NCBI GenBank assembly: GCA_951406725.2 | Contig: OX597834.1 | Span: 39,804,001 to 39,868,000, forward strand | Reading direction: 5' to 3' | Source: Octopus vulgaris | Lineage: Eukaryota | Length of the DNA stretch: 64,000 bases | Part shown: piece by piece, positions 27,993 through 42,705 of the stretch | Layout: each line of letters starts with the position of its first letter | How positions within the stretch are numbered: position 1 is the stretch's first letter | Notes under the pieces: model-generated | What the model saw: only the letters and a program-made list of their open reading frames with translations | The model's database searches: none | What the model was told of the DNA's origin: nothing | Position numbers and translations under genes: made by a program

Positions 27993-28358
27993 TTATTACC
28001 TCTGCCTTTGCTAAGGCTGGGGTATTGTTTTCAGTCATGTTTGTTTGTTGGTTTGTCCGTCGACAAGATATCTCAAGAACCACTGGATGGATTCGGATTA
28101 AACTTTCAGGGATATTTGGCCTCATGACTGGCACAAATTGATTAGATTTTGGGATCGATCCAGTACTGGACAAGGATTCTGGACTATTTTTCCGGGTTTT
28201 TTACTTAATTTTTGAGAGCAGTTGGATTCATTTTTAGTATTCTCATTTATGAAAGCAGTCGAGTTTATTTCAGATATTCTCATTTTAAAAATCATCTCTG
28301 ACTAACCGTTAAGAGGACATTGGTGTTGCCTTGGTGGAAGTTTGCACTGTCTGAGTGC

Positions 28359-28362
<4 letters not shown>
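27993..28362 (+). mobile_element. Helentron-associated (HINE/DINE-1-like) non-autonomous element
   Basis: ttattacctctgcc start, (GTTT)n, degenerate subterminal inverted repeat ttggtggaagt, 3' hairpin gcactgtctgagtgc; TT-rich insertion site. Confidence 0.7.
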
Positions 28363-28391
<29 letters not shown>

Positions 28392-28577
28392 GGCAGCAAG
28401 CTGGCAGAACCGTTAGCATGTGAAGCAAAATGATGCTACATTCTGAGGTGCCTTTCATCCTTTCAGGGTCAATAAACTAAGTACCAGCTGCACACTGGAG
28501 TCAATCTAATTGACTGGTCACCTCCCACAAAATTTCAGGCCTTCTACCTATAGTAGAAAAGATTATTATTATTATTA

Positions 28578-28791
28578 AAGTGGCGAGATGGCAGAATCGT
28601 TAGCACGCTGGACGAAATGCTTAGCAGTGTTTCGTCTGCTGCTATGTTCTGAGTTCAGATTCCACCGAGGTCGACTTTGCCTTTCATCCTTTCTGGGTCG
28701 ATAAATTAAGTACCAGTTATGCATTGGGGTCGATGTAATCGATTCATCTCCTCACCCCTAAAATTGCTGACCTTGTGGCAAAATTCAAAAC

Positions 28792-28795
<4 letters not shown>
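28578..28795 (+). mobile_element. SINE family B (tRNA-like head plus gcctttcatcctttcggggtcgataaattaagtaccag central domain, Deu/Nin-like); about 20 copies in the window
   Basis: Other copies at ~1920-2140, 3779-3918, 6488-6698, 14055-14268, 20035-20205, 27055-27190, 28390-28560, 32012-32225, 33425-33615, 35862-36016, 37968-38163, 43095-43262, 57200-57657. Usually bordered by (TAA)n/(ATT)n. The Deu/Nin domain assignment is from memory and tentative. Confidence 0.85.
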
Positions 28796-28823
<28 letters not shown>

Positions 28824-29909
28824 GTGCCATATCACACATAAACACACACAAAAAAAAAAGGATTTTGTGGATTTCTTTGTTCTACAACATTCCAGGCAAT
28901 AATGTCTCCTAATGCTGCACTGTTTTTCAACAACAGTGAAGAGCAGCGGAGTTATCAGTAAGGGAGAGATAGAAATAGAGAGAGACGGAGATACAGAGAG
29001 GGAGACAGAGAGAGAGAGAAGGATGCTCTTCCTGCCGTTATACAACAAAGAGATTGGAAGTAAGTGTCACATCACAACTGTGTAGAAAAGAAAACAATAA
29101 AATTGAGTGAATGCATAAAAATTCCTCTCCTCAGAATGGCACTTTTGTTGGTAAACATTCCTAAATGGTGTGAAACAGCAAGAGTTGGAAGCAAATTTCA
29201 ATACACAAATATTATATTATGTCATTCATGTGATGTCACAGTCCTTCTTCCCCACCACCAATGGACTGCTCCCACCTCAAACCCTGTAACTAAACTGTTT
29301 TGAGCTATAAAGTTTGTTTTTTTTCAAAAAAAAAAAAAAAAACTTGAGTTTTTTTTTTTGTGTTTTTAGTTTTTTTTTTTCCTCTCATGTTGTCTCTTTG
29401 AAAACAACAACAAAAAAATAACATAACACTTTGGAAAGTAACATGTAAACACCGTGTTTATTTAATTAATTGTTAATTATTTAATGAAAAAAGATAAAAG
29501 TATTTTTTTAATGGCTCTTCCCTCTACAAAAACATGCACAAACACATGCAAGAACTTGTGCATATATATGCACATTATTCGATGTGTATGCACACTCGAC
29601 ATTAATACGAGCACATACACACATGAATACGTACATATACATGCACATACATACACATAATAGAAGTATATGCACATATATACATGTTTATACAATACAT
29701 ATGCACACACACACACACAAACAAGCTTATCACACACACACACACACATTCAAGCACATGTATGCACACACACTCTCTCTCAAACATATACACACAAACT
29801 CAGGCACACACACACACACACTCACTGAAGCACACATACACACACACAGCCTCAAGAATATACACACAAACATGCTCAGCTGCACACACTCACTGAAGTA
29901 CATGTACAG

Positions 29910-29942
<33 letters not shown>

Positions 29943-30344
29943 CTCAAGAATATACACATAGACAAGCTCAGACACACACACACACACAAACAAACATGCT
30001 CAGCCGTACACACACACTCACTCACTGAAACACATGTCCGTACACATACACTCTCTCACACACACACACATACACACACACACAAGCACATATATGGACA
30101 CACACACAAACACTTTCACTTGTTTCCTCATTATTTATTCAGCTTCTGTCAGAGAAATTAAATTAATGAATTAGAAATACAAATGAAAGAATCCTGCCAA
30201 GATTATTTCTTCAGATGACTCTTTGAATATTGGTTTTATTTTGGGTCGCTTCTGGGAAGAACTGGGAGTAGAAAACAGTTGAAATTTCTCCCCAGAATCA
30301 ATAGTGAAAGTCATTATGAAACACACACACAAAGGTAATTCATC

Positions 30345-30482
30345 TTCCTCTCTCTGTCCCTCACCCCACCTCTCCCTCTCTGTCCCTCACCCCACCTCTC
30401 CCTCTCTGTCCCTCACCCCACCTCTCCCTCTCTGCCCTTCACCCCACCTCTATCTCTCTCTGTCCCTCACTCCACCTCTCTC
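30345..30482. repeat. 24-bp pyrimidine-rich minisatellite (ccctctctgtccctcaccccacct)
   Basis: About 5 tandem copies. Confidence 0.85.
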
Positions 30483-30607
30483 TCTCTATGTATCTATCTA
30501 TCTATCTGTTTGTCTGTCTGTCCATTTATCTCTATCTTTCTCTCTGGTTGTTGAGTTGTTCTTGTGGCAAAGTGGTTAGGGTACTTGGCTCACAATTGTA
30601 TGGTTGT

Positions 30608-31211
30608 TTGGTCATAATGTTGATCACAACTTTAGTCACAACATTGATCACAACTTTGGTCACAACATTGATCACAACATTGGTCACAACTTTGGTCACA
30701 ACATTGATCACAACATTGATCACAACTTTGGTCACAACTTTGGTCACAACTTTGGTCACAACATTGATCACACCATTGATCACAACTTTGGTCACAACTT
30801 TGGTCACAACATTGATCACAACATTGATCACAACTTTGGTCACAACTTTGGTCACAACTTTGGTCACAACATTGATCACACCATTGATCACAACTTTGGT
30901 CACAACTTTGGTCACAATGTTGATCACAACTTTAGTCACAACGTTGATCACAACTTTGGTCACAACATTGATCACAACTTTGGTCACAACGTTGATCACA
31001 ACATTGATCACAACTTTGGTCACAACATTGATCACAACTTTGGTCACAACATTGATCACAACTTTGGTCACAATGTTGATCACAACTTTAGTCATAACGT
31101 TGACCGCAACTTTGGTCACAACACTGATCATAACTTTGGTTACAGCATTGATCACAACTTTGGTCACAACACTGATCACAACTTTGGGTCCCAATGTTGA
31201 TCATAACTTTG
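30608..31211. repeat. 12-bp minisatellite with two monomer types (tggtcacaactt / tgatcacaacat), ~50 units
   Basis: Direct inspection; it generates the spurious 198-271-aa ORFs. Confidence 0.95.
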
Positions 31212-31581
31212 ATTTCAGCTTTCAGAATAATTCTAACAGTCTCCTGAGACACCACAGGTGGCAAGGGTGGTTACGAACACAAGACCTAAAATTGGTAACT
31301 TGATTCTTCATCTCTTTGGTTAATAGCTTCTATTCCTACTTTGGTTATGATGCTACCACTCCAGATGTTTGAATTCTACTGTAACAGCAATGATGTAAAT
31401 GTCAGCTGATTCCAATAATTATGGTTTCCTGGCAGTTAACAGAGAGTCTGCTACAATGTTGGGTTTAAGATTTTAATGGAAGATATCCAAATTTCATGAA
31501 GTAAATTGTCATCTCTATATATGTACACAGAACCTCAGCACTTTGCTGATTGTAAACATATTTGTCTTCCAGTTCTACTGA

Positions 31582-31612
<31 letters not shown>

Positions 31613-32303
31613 CATCAAAAAAATATGGATACACATACATATACATAGGTACACACACACATATACATACATACACATGCACGCATACACACATATATAC
31701 ATACACATATATACATTGCATATATATATATATGTGTGTGTGTGTGTGTACATATATACATATATATACATACACATATATACATACACACATGTACACA
31801 CACACATATACATATATATATATATATATATATAAACATACACACACACATGTATACATACACCACCATATATATTCATATATATGCACATATACATGTT
31901 ATATTATATATATGTATACATACATATATATATACATGCATATATGTACACAGGCATAAATACACAAATATATATACATATATTTATACATATATGTGCA
32001 CATATACATGTTCTTTTCTCCTCTAGGCACAAGGCCTGAAATTTTGAGGGGAGGGGGCCAGTCGATTAGATCAATCCCAGAATGCAACTGATACTTAATT
32101 AACCGACCCTGAAAGGATGAAAGGCAAAGTCGACCTCGGCAGAATTTGAACTCAGAACATAAAGACAGATGAAATACCACAAAGCATTTCACCAGGCATA
32201 CTAATGTTTCTGCCAGCTCACTACCATACACACATATGCACGTTATGTTGCATATATGCATACACACATATATACATGCGTATATGAACACACTCATAAA
32301 TAC

Positions 32304-32350
<47 letters not shown>

Positions 32351-32901
32351 TTTATGCATATATATGCATACACGTTATATTACATATATGCATACACACA
32401 TATATACATGCATATTTGAACACGCGCATAAATACACAAATATATATATATATACATATATTTATGCATATATACGCACATATACACGTTATATTACATA
32501 TATGCATACACACATATATACATGCGCATAAATACACAAATATATATATATATATATATATACATATATTTATACATATATACGCACATATGCACGTTAT
32601 ATTACATATATGCATACACACATATATATACACACACACATAAATATATACTAATAAATACAAGAATGTATATACACACACATACACACAATATTCACCC
32701 ATGAATCATACTGAAAGAAATGGAAGGATTTTGGTAAGCTGTGCATGCTTTTTTGGTTAAATCCTGCATTCATAGAGTTTACTTGAGAATCTGTTGAAAG
32801 ATTTCTTTCATGCCAAAATGTCACAGGGTAGATTGTAAAGAAACCAAAGCAGGCGGTTCCAGACAGAAAGGAGCAGAGATTTATAACAGCAAGTTTATGT
32901 A

Positions 32902-32950
32902 TATACTGGGTTGGTGCATAGTTATTGCGGCTCTTTTTCAACAAATTTTA
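32902..32950 (+). mobile_element. Mariner TIR fragment
   Basis: tactgggttggtgcatagttattgcggct resembles the cecropia-subfamily mariner TIR (ttaggttggtgcaaaagtaattgcggt). Confidence 0.55.
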
Positions 32951-32973
32951 TTCAACAAAAGCGATAACAGTAT

Positions 32974-33424
32974 TTAACCCTTTCTTTACCGTATTTATTT
33001 TGAGATGCTCTGTGTTTCCTTCTGTTATTTTAAATACAACAAGGAATTTAGTAAAATAACTTAGTTATCATTCAGCTAGTGTTAGGAACATAAATTGTGA
33101 CTAAAATTTGGTGGAAGATTTTAATTCAGAACTTTTGAAAGCAAGACATTTGTATTACAGAGCCAGAGGCAGTTTCAGCCAGGTTGGTATCATAAGGGTT
33201 AAGAATTGTTTCTCTGTTATATTTTTTAACCCTTTTGTTACCATATTTCTGTTGAGATGCTCTGTGTTTCTTTCAATTGATTTTTTAAAATATAACAAAG
33301 AATTTAGTAAGATAACTTAGTTATCATTAAGCTAGTGTTAAGAACATAAATTGTGACTAAGGTTTGGTGGAAGATTTTAATTCAGAACTTTTGAAAACAA
33401 GACACTTGTACTACAGAGTCAGAG
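32974..33424 (-). mobile_element. Two tandem TTAA-flanked piggyBac-like MITEs (32974-33202 complete; 33226-33424 truncated)
   Basis: TTAA-CCCTT...AAGGG-TTAA termini; reverse complement of the 45405-45905 copies. Confidence 0.85.
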
Positions 33425-34629
33425 CTTAGCAGTATTTCGTCTGCTGTTACGTTCTGCGTTCAAATTCCGCTGAGGTCGACTTAGCCTTTCAGCCCTCCAG
33501 GGTCGATTAAATAAATACCAGTTACGCATTGGGGTCGATATAATCGACTTAATCCGTTTGTCTGTCCTTGTTTGTCCCCTCTGTGTTTAGCCCCTTGTGG
33601 GTAGTAAAGAAATAGGTAGGTAGGTAGATATAGATAAAAGATCCAATGCAGGTAGAATCCAGGGAGAGATAAACATCAATTTGATTCACAACCAAAAGAG
33701 CTACTCTAATAGTTTCATGCTTTTATGATACTATAAAAAGGCATATTTATAAAATACACACCATGTATTTCAAAGCAAACTTTCAGGTTCTGTTTGTGTG
33801 TTATATAAACAGGCTGAGAGTTTGTTTGGAGATACGTGGCATGTTTTATAAATATGCCAAGTCACAGTATGAGAAAAGCATGGACTGAGTCCATGAAGCA
33901 TTTAGTTGAAGACTGCAGCATATATTCCTATCAACCTCTTTTGCCAAACTGTAAGTGAATTGGCACCAGTTGTCAAGTGATGGTGGTGACTCACAAAGTC
34001 TCACACACACACACACACACACACACACATGAAGGGCTTCCTCACAGTTTCCATCAACCAAATTCACTACAAACACATGATGAATATTGTTACAATGGGC
34101 ATGGTTTGTGCAGGGCCAAACCCATTCCCTTGTCCCTCAAACTTGCATTGGTCTAGTGCAACAAGTGCCATGTTGCTTGTTCCTTCTCGAGCAATGCCTG
34201 GCTCATAAGGTCTGGTTTCCCGGTTTCCTAGGCGTATAGGTTCCCCACCTGGACGGGACGCCCGTCCATCGCAGGTGAGCTGCAAGATGCAGGAGGAAAG
34301 AGTGAGAGAAAGTTGTGGCGAAAGAGTCAGCAGAAGTTTTGCCATTACCTTCTGCCGGAGCCTGCTTTCAGATTCTGTCTACCAAATCTACTCACTAGGC
34401 TTTGATCAGCCCAAGGCAAAAGTAGAGGACACTTGCCCAAAGTCGCACACAGTGGAACTGAACCCTGAATCGTGTGGTTGAGAAGCAAGCTTCTTACCAC
34501 ACAGCCACAATATATTTACATAATCATGTATAGATTTATACATAAATGTGTGTGTGTGTGTGTGTGCATATCATCATCATCAGCTAACATTTGGTTTCCA
34601 TGGTGGCATGGGTTGGTGTATGTAAATAC

Positions 34630-34723
<94 letters not shown>

Positions 34724-34811
34724 AATACAGTGTACATTTAAACACATTAAGAGGTTTCCCTCATAGGAATCATTTACGCTAGAAAGAACAGCTAAAGTCC
34801 AAACCACTATG

Positions 34812-34851
<40 letters not shown>

Positions 34852-34860
34852 GATAGATAG

Positions 34861-34910
<50 letters not shown>

Positions 34911-35392
34911 GAGAGGGAGAGAGAGAGAGTACAGGGATAGCTAGATAGTTATCCTTCTACTATTTCTAGAGGAAGAGAGAGAGAGAAACATAAGATTAAA
35001 AGATAGAAACAGATACGAAGTAATATGATTTATGAGAGGACAATATCATAGTCTTGACCTTATAGAAAACAACATCCTGCTAAATAATATACAATCCTTC
35101 CAACCTAATCTCTAAATCCCACTGTAACACAGAAATTCTCTCTCCCTCTCTCTCACACACACACACCTACCTCTGTTAATCGGCAAAGACATGCAGAAGA
35201 ATGATGGGGGTTGCATCTCCATATTTCAGTAAGAAAAACACAAATGGATGGAATCATATCTGGTTTAGTGAAGTGAGGAATAATGGACAATGATAGATGT
35301 CAGGTTATTATATGGAATGGTGTGTGTGTGTGTGTGTATTCACACTTGTGAATAAGTTTATATACATGTGTGTGTATGTATACATCTTTATG

Positions 35393-35424
<32 letters not shown>

Positions 35425-35545
35425 TATACATATGTTTATATATCTAAGTTTATATATATACAAATATCTAAGTTTATATATACAAATATCTAAGTTTATA
35501 TATACATATATTTAAGTTTCTACATATATATATATATACACATAC

Positions 35546-35810
35546 ACAATTGCAGTGTAGAAAGTGTTTATAAGTCATTTAAAAACATACAAAAACCGTT
35601 AGATTCACTTCAATATATAAATGTAATTTTTCAAAAATATCTTTTTTTTATATAAAGCATGGAATTTTGTCAGTGAACAGGTCGCAGTTTCAAAGCGACA
35701 AAAATATTTTGACAAATTAGATTTTAAAATTAAATTCAAATGTTGAAGTGAATCTAATGGCTTTTGTGTGTTTTTAAATGGCTTATAAACACCTTCCACG
35801 CTGCAATTGT
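35546..35810. repeat. Inverted repeat (~90-bp imperfect arms)
   Basis: acaattgcagtgtagaaagtgtttataagtcatttaaaaacatacaaaaaccgttagattcacttcaa mirrors 35741-35810. Confidence 0.8.
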
Positions 35811-37561
35811 TTTTGTTTCAGCACACGGTCTCAGATCAAGTCACTTGCTATGCAAGTACATCGATCCCAATGCATAACTGGTACTAATTTAATTGACCCC
35901 TAAAGGATGAAAGGCTAAGTCAACCTCGACGGAATTTGAACTCAGAACATAGTGGCAGATGAAATACTGCTAAGCATTTCAACAGATGTGTTAACAATTC
36001 TGCCAGCTCACTACCTTAATAATAATGATAATAATAATAATAATGATAATAAACAGTGATAATAATTTATAATAATAATTAGTACTATCGTTATCACACT
36101 GCGTCAGTAATTTTGACTGGAATCGTATGCTCAGGTATATTCAAATGAAGAAAACCGAAAGACAAATTTGACTTTCATGGCATTTTACCTTGGAGAATAA
36201 AGGGACATAAATAATTACTCCAAGGCACCATGTTTGGTGCTCGACCGATTTTTCCGACCCACGGCCATCATACTGAATGAACTACATGTTTCATTTATAT
36301 AATCGTTAGTCATACTGGAAGTGAGTTATAAATTAAGCCTCAGGAAGACGATGACAACAACGACGACAACTACAACTACTACTACTGCTACTACTACTAC
36401 AACTACTGCCACCACTGCTATTGCTACTATTAGTTCACAGTTTGAGTTAAGACCACTTAAAGAAAACTGAATCACTTCACAAAAGAAAAGACTAACGACT
36501 GCAAGAACTGCCGCCAATTTGAATGACAAACAAACTTCTGAAGAATGAGCTGAGTCACTTGTTTAAGATGCAAGAGGAGAGTCACATGTTTGCATGTCTG
36601 ACCTGTCGCATCTTGTCAAACTGTCCAAACCATAATTTCTGCAGAAGCTGTTTTTGCTTCTTTCACTTCTTTTAGAAATGTAAAACAAACATCAGTTACA
36701 TAACAGTGTTGACCAAAGCAACTACAAACCAAACTACCACAAAACTATGCCCTTGTGGCAAAATCAGAAATCCTTTCCTTTATCCATGATGAAATATCCA
36801 TTTAATATATTTCATCATATTTCATGTTATATATATATATATATATATATTTATATACATCATATTTCTTAGGAAGTATGATAAATTGAAGATAAACATC
36901 CAGTTTGATATATATTTGATCTACGGCACTTCAGATACTGTTTATAGCCTTAAAAAAATTGTTTTGCTTCCAACAGTCTCTCAGCTTCAACAACAAATGC
37001 ACGTACAAATACACACAGAGAGAAGAATCCTGTATATATATAGGCAGGAGAGTTATATGAGATTATATGATGTTTGGTCATTTTGGGGTGTGTGTTTATT
37101 GGTGATGTAAGCAAAGTAGAAAGCCACAACTGGACATATATAGAGAGCTGTGTGGGAAGGTATTTCACTGAAAAGGGAAAGCAAAGAAAATGTTTCTACA
37201 TATAGGTGCAGGCATGGTTGTGTGGCAAGAAGCTTGCAATGATACACACGCGGTCACATATTGAAATGACCGGAAAGGAATGGGTGAAGAGTTCAAGACA
37301 AGAGAGTGCAAGAGAAGGAGGTATGTGTGGGAATGTGCATGTGCGCAGGTCTGTGTGTGTGTGTGTATATATATAATTAATAACAAAAAAAACCCAGAAA
37401 AAGACAACATGAAGACATTGTACATGCAAAGTACTACTGAGATGCTCAGAGAAGGAAAGAAAGAGTGGTCGTTTTATGTTTTGAGCACAGCTCTTCTTCA
37501 GAAATAGGAGACATTGGAAAGTCCAAAAGAAAAGGAATAAGATATACATACATACATACAT

Positions 37562-37593
<32 letters not shown>

Positions 37594-37662
37594 CATACAT
37601 ACATATACATATATATATATATATATGCATACATATATACATACATATATATATATACATAC

Positions 37663-37724
<62 letters not shown>

Positions 37725-38536
37725 ATACATATATACATACATACACATATATATATGAATATATTTATGTGTGTGTGTTTGTCCCCTCAACACCACTTGA
37801 CAACTGATGGCGGTGTGATTATGTACAAGTAACTCAGTGGTTTGGTAAAAGAGTCCAATAGAATAAGTACTAGGTTTACAAGGAATAAGTCCTGGGGTCG
37901 ATTCGTTTGACTAAAGACGGTGCTCCAGCTTGGCCACAGTCAAATGACTGAAACAAGTAAAAGAGGAAGGCCCGCAATTTTAAGGGAGTGGGGAAGTCAT
38001 TTATACTGACCCCTGCGTTCAACTGATACTTAATTTTATCAACCCCTAAAAGGGTGAAACGCAAAGCCGACCTCAGCAGAATTTGAACTCGGAATGTAAA
38101 GCTATACAACATGCCACTAAGTATTTTGCCCCACATGCTAACAATTCTGCCAGCTCACTGCTTTCATTAATTAATATTGAATGTTGCTATCACATGATAT
38201 TACAATCAAACAGTAATTGTATTATGGCTGAAGGTTATTATCATGATGAACTAACAAACTAACTGGAAATACAGCTGAACATTATGACAGAAGGCATTTG
38301 ACAAAACTGGGGGAACACTATATACATACAAACATGTATGTATGTATGTATGTATGTATGTATGTATGTATGTATGTATTTATATATATACACATGCATA
38401 TATACATATACATATATATATAAACATATATATATACATATATATAAACATATACATATATACATATATATAAACATATACATATATATATACATATACA
38501 TATATATATACATGTACATATATATACATATATATA

Positions 38537-38569
<33 letters not shown>

Positions 38570-38587
38570 AACATATTTATATGTACA

Positions 38588-38637
<50 letters not shown>

Positions 38638-39137
38638 TATTTATATGTACATATTTATATATATATCTTGCTATTCTGTTTTTCTTACACAGGCACAAAT
38701 GTGGCTACAACCACACACACAGAACCACATACATGGAGATAAACACATGCACACATATATAAATATTAGACATAAACACATGAATGCATACATACACACA
38801 CACACACACAGACACTCATGTAGATACAGGCACACACACATGCAAACCAAGTCTCGAGGGTAAATTATGAATTACATTTCTCGAAGCAGAATGAATAATG
38901 AATATCAATTTCAGTGGTAAACCTCGTGCTGAATTGAATTGTCAAATACATATAGGGGGTGGCAGGCACACATTAAAACCCACACACATACATATACAAA
39001 ATACATACACACACATTTGATAAATATATATATATACACACAAACACACACACAATTTACACATATACAAATTCACATACACATATACTACTTTTATGTT
39101 CGTAAAGGAATTATATGTTGGACTCTGTGTGAGTGTG

Positions 39138-39174
<37 letters not shown>

Positions 39175-39764
39175 CACACATACATAACACGTATACATAC
39201 ATGCATCCATACATACATACACATATACACACTAAATGTTTGTCTAAAGGTTTGATCTGGATTCGTGTGCTGAAACAAATGTATTTTTCATATACATGTA
39301 TGTAGATATACACAAATATAAACTTATACATACATGCACATATACACCCCTATCCAATTACACACACACACATGTACACACACTCATTCACAAATACAGT
39401 TTAGTGTGTATTTATATGCACATATACACAAAATATATTGGCATATTAATGTATATATATATATGTGAATGCAACATTATAAATCAAAAGTCATATATAT
39501 TTATATATATATATATACATCGTGTGTATGTGTATGTATGAATATATATGTATATATATACGTATAATGTGCACACATGCACATATTGAGCATAAATGTG
39601 TATACACACACATACATGAACAGATTTACACACACATGTACATATATGCAATAAAAATTGCATATATAAAGATACCGAATGAGAAGGTGTGTACACACAA
39701 TTGCATGTGAGTATGTATATGTCTATTTCTCTCTCTTTCTATATATATAAATATATATACATAT

Positions 39765-39795
<31 letters not shown>

Positions 39796-41534
39796 AAAGC
39801 TGAGCTATAAAGTCAGTACCTTTTTTTACACTTAACTTTTATATATACATTGTATAGTTTTTCTTTTCACCTCATAAATTTTCATTCCATGCGAGCACAA
39901 GGCAAGAGGTGAGGTCCTGAATCTTAAATCTAATCTAGAATATTGAAATCAATAATAGTTGGCTGCTTGTTCTTCAGTTGGAAGCAACATTTAGAACATA
40001 GAACGTAGCATCAAATAATATCCTATTGGATTGAGGTACCCCCCCCCCCACTCTCTCTCTCTCTCTCTCTATCTCGCTCTTTTGCTCATGTTATGATGTG
40101 AGTTCAAATCACACCTATGCAACCCCACTTTGTAATGAGCGTTCATAAAAATATGTAACTATAATTAGTAAGGGTTAATTAAATCATTTACACTACTCCC
40201 TGGAAAAAAATTTTTTTATTGAAAATTTGCCAGAAACACTCACACACAGGTATGCAAGCACACACACAGGTATGCAAGCACAAGCACACACACACACACA
40301 GAGGCACACACACACACACACACACACAAATGTATATGCATACGTTGGCTGAGAAATGAAGAAGCTTGCTTCATTTGCAACCCTGTGATTTCAAGTTCAG
40401 TCCCACTGCACAGGTGTGACATTTGGGACAGGTGTCTTCTGCTATAGCCTCCAGGGCTGACCAATGCCTTGTAGATGATTTTGGTAGACAGAAACTGAGT
40501 GAAAGCCTACTGTATGTGTTTAGTGTTTGCATGTGTGTGTTTGGGGGTGTGTGTGTGTGTGATTTGTCCCCTCCCACTGCTTGATAACCAGTGTTGGTTT
40601 GCTTACAACACCATAACTCAGCAGTCCAGTAAAAGAGACCAATAAAATAAGTACCAGAATATGATTACTGAGAGCAAAAGAGACCAACAGAATAAGGACC
40701 AGACTATGATTACTAAGATCATCTACGGTGGTGCCCCAGCATGGCCAAAGTCCAATGATTGAAACATGTCAAAGATGTCATTACCATCACTGTTATCAGT
40801 GTAATGTCTACTTTTTCATACAGAGGCGGACAAGAGAAATAATAATTAGAAGGACAGGCAAAAAAAAGATGGGTTGTTCATGGCCTTCTTTCCTCAGTCA
40901 AGTAGCAGAAGTCACTACTATTTTGGGCAGTGTCCAAAACGTATTTTTCTAGAAAATGAAGAAATAGTTTCACCATTCCATAGCAAAACCGTTGACAATT
41001 TTTGATATCTTGGCATCTGAAGCAGCTGGAGATACTATAGTTTGACCAAAAGAACCGGCTATTGCAAGCGAAAATAAATATGGAAAAAAATGCATTTGGC
41101 CAAATTAGGACATATGACAGTTTAACACAATAGTGGAGCTCTAAGAGTACCATCTGAGCGTGATCATTGCCAGAGCAACAAACTGGCTTCCATGCTGGTG
41201 GCATGTAAAAAGCACCATTTGAGCATGATCGTTACCTGCGTCACCTTACTGACACTTGTGCTGGTGGCACGTGAAAAAAAACATTTGAGCGAGGTTGTTG
41301 CCAGTGCCGCTGGACTGGCTCCTGTGCAGGTGGCACATAAAAAGCACCATTTGAGCATGGCCATTGCCAGTAGCGCCTGACTGGCACTCATGCCGGGGAC
41401 ATGTAAAAGCACCCACTACACTCTCAGAGTGGTTGGCGTTAGGAAGGGCAAGCTGTAGAAACTCTGCTAGATCAGATTGGAGCCTGGTGGTCCAACCCAT
41501 GCTAGCATGGAAAACGGATGTTAAACGATGATGA

Positions 41535-41573
<39 letters not shown>

Positions 41574-41946
41574 TATATAAAATAGATTTCAGTTATTTTA
41601 TCACATGCTTTACTACATGGTGAGACTGAAGAAAGGTTGTACCTAGTGGAAAGAAATCGATATAAACAGCACAGTCGTAGTAGAACTTGTATTGGTAGTA
41701 GTCACAAAAGTGGTTGCGAAGGTTGTGTGGTAGTGTTAGTAGCTGTATTAGGATAATAACAATAGTATTAACCACAGTAGCAGAATTTCCATGCATCACC
41801 TACACACACACACACACACACATATGTATGTATGTAGACACACCAACACATGAATATATGTGTGTGTTGCAATTTGCTGTTAGTTTAAAACAGTTCAATA
41901 AATATGAAAAGATTCAAAAAACAAGCACTTTCAGAAATCTTCCTCT

Positions 41947-41987
<41 letters not shown>

Positions 41988-42305
41988 GCGCAGAAATTAA
42001 AAAGAAATGTCATTTTTGAATAGAGAAGTAATGAGTTTTAGTGTATGGAGAGGAAAATCAATAATTTTGGTTTTTACTTATCATCATAATTGTTGTCCAC
42101 CATTTTCACTAATACCGCAACCATCATCATCACCATTATCATCACAATCATCATGACTATCACCTCTCTCCCTCTCTCTCTTTCCCCTCTCTTTCTCTCT
42201 CTCTTTCTCTGTATGTATATATATGTGTGTGTATATATATATCATCATCATCATCATCATCATCGTTTAACATCCGTTCTCCATGCTAGCATATATATAT
42301 ATATG

Positions 42306-42513
42306 TATTCTTTCATTTGTGTCAGTTATTTGACTGTGGCCATGCTGGAGCACTTCCTTTAGTCGACCAAATCGACTCCAGGATTTATTCTTAGTAAGCC
42401 TAGTACTTATTCTATTGACCTCTTTTGTCGAACCACTAAGTTACGGGGATGTAAACACACCAGCATCAATTGTCAAGCAATGTTGAGGGGACAAACACAG
42501 ACACACAAACATG

Positions 42514-42547
<34 letters not shown>

Positions 42548-42705
42548 CAACAGGCTTCTTTCAGTTTCCGTCTACCAAATCCACTCACAAGGCTTTGGTT
42601 GGCCCGAGGCTATAGTAGAAGACACTTGCTCAAGGTGCTACACAGTGGGACTGAACCCGGAACCATGTGATTGGTAAGCAAGATATTTACCACACAGCCA
42701 TTCTT
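42306..42705 (-). mobile_element. SINE family A, full length
   Basis: Same family sequence. Confidence 0.9.

Noticed and set aside
30488-31303. 271-, 220- and 198-aa ORFs
   Set aside because: Produced by a stop-free 12-bp minisatellite; no convincing splice signals or non-repetitive coding flank.
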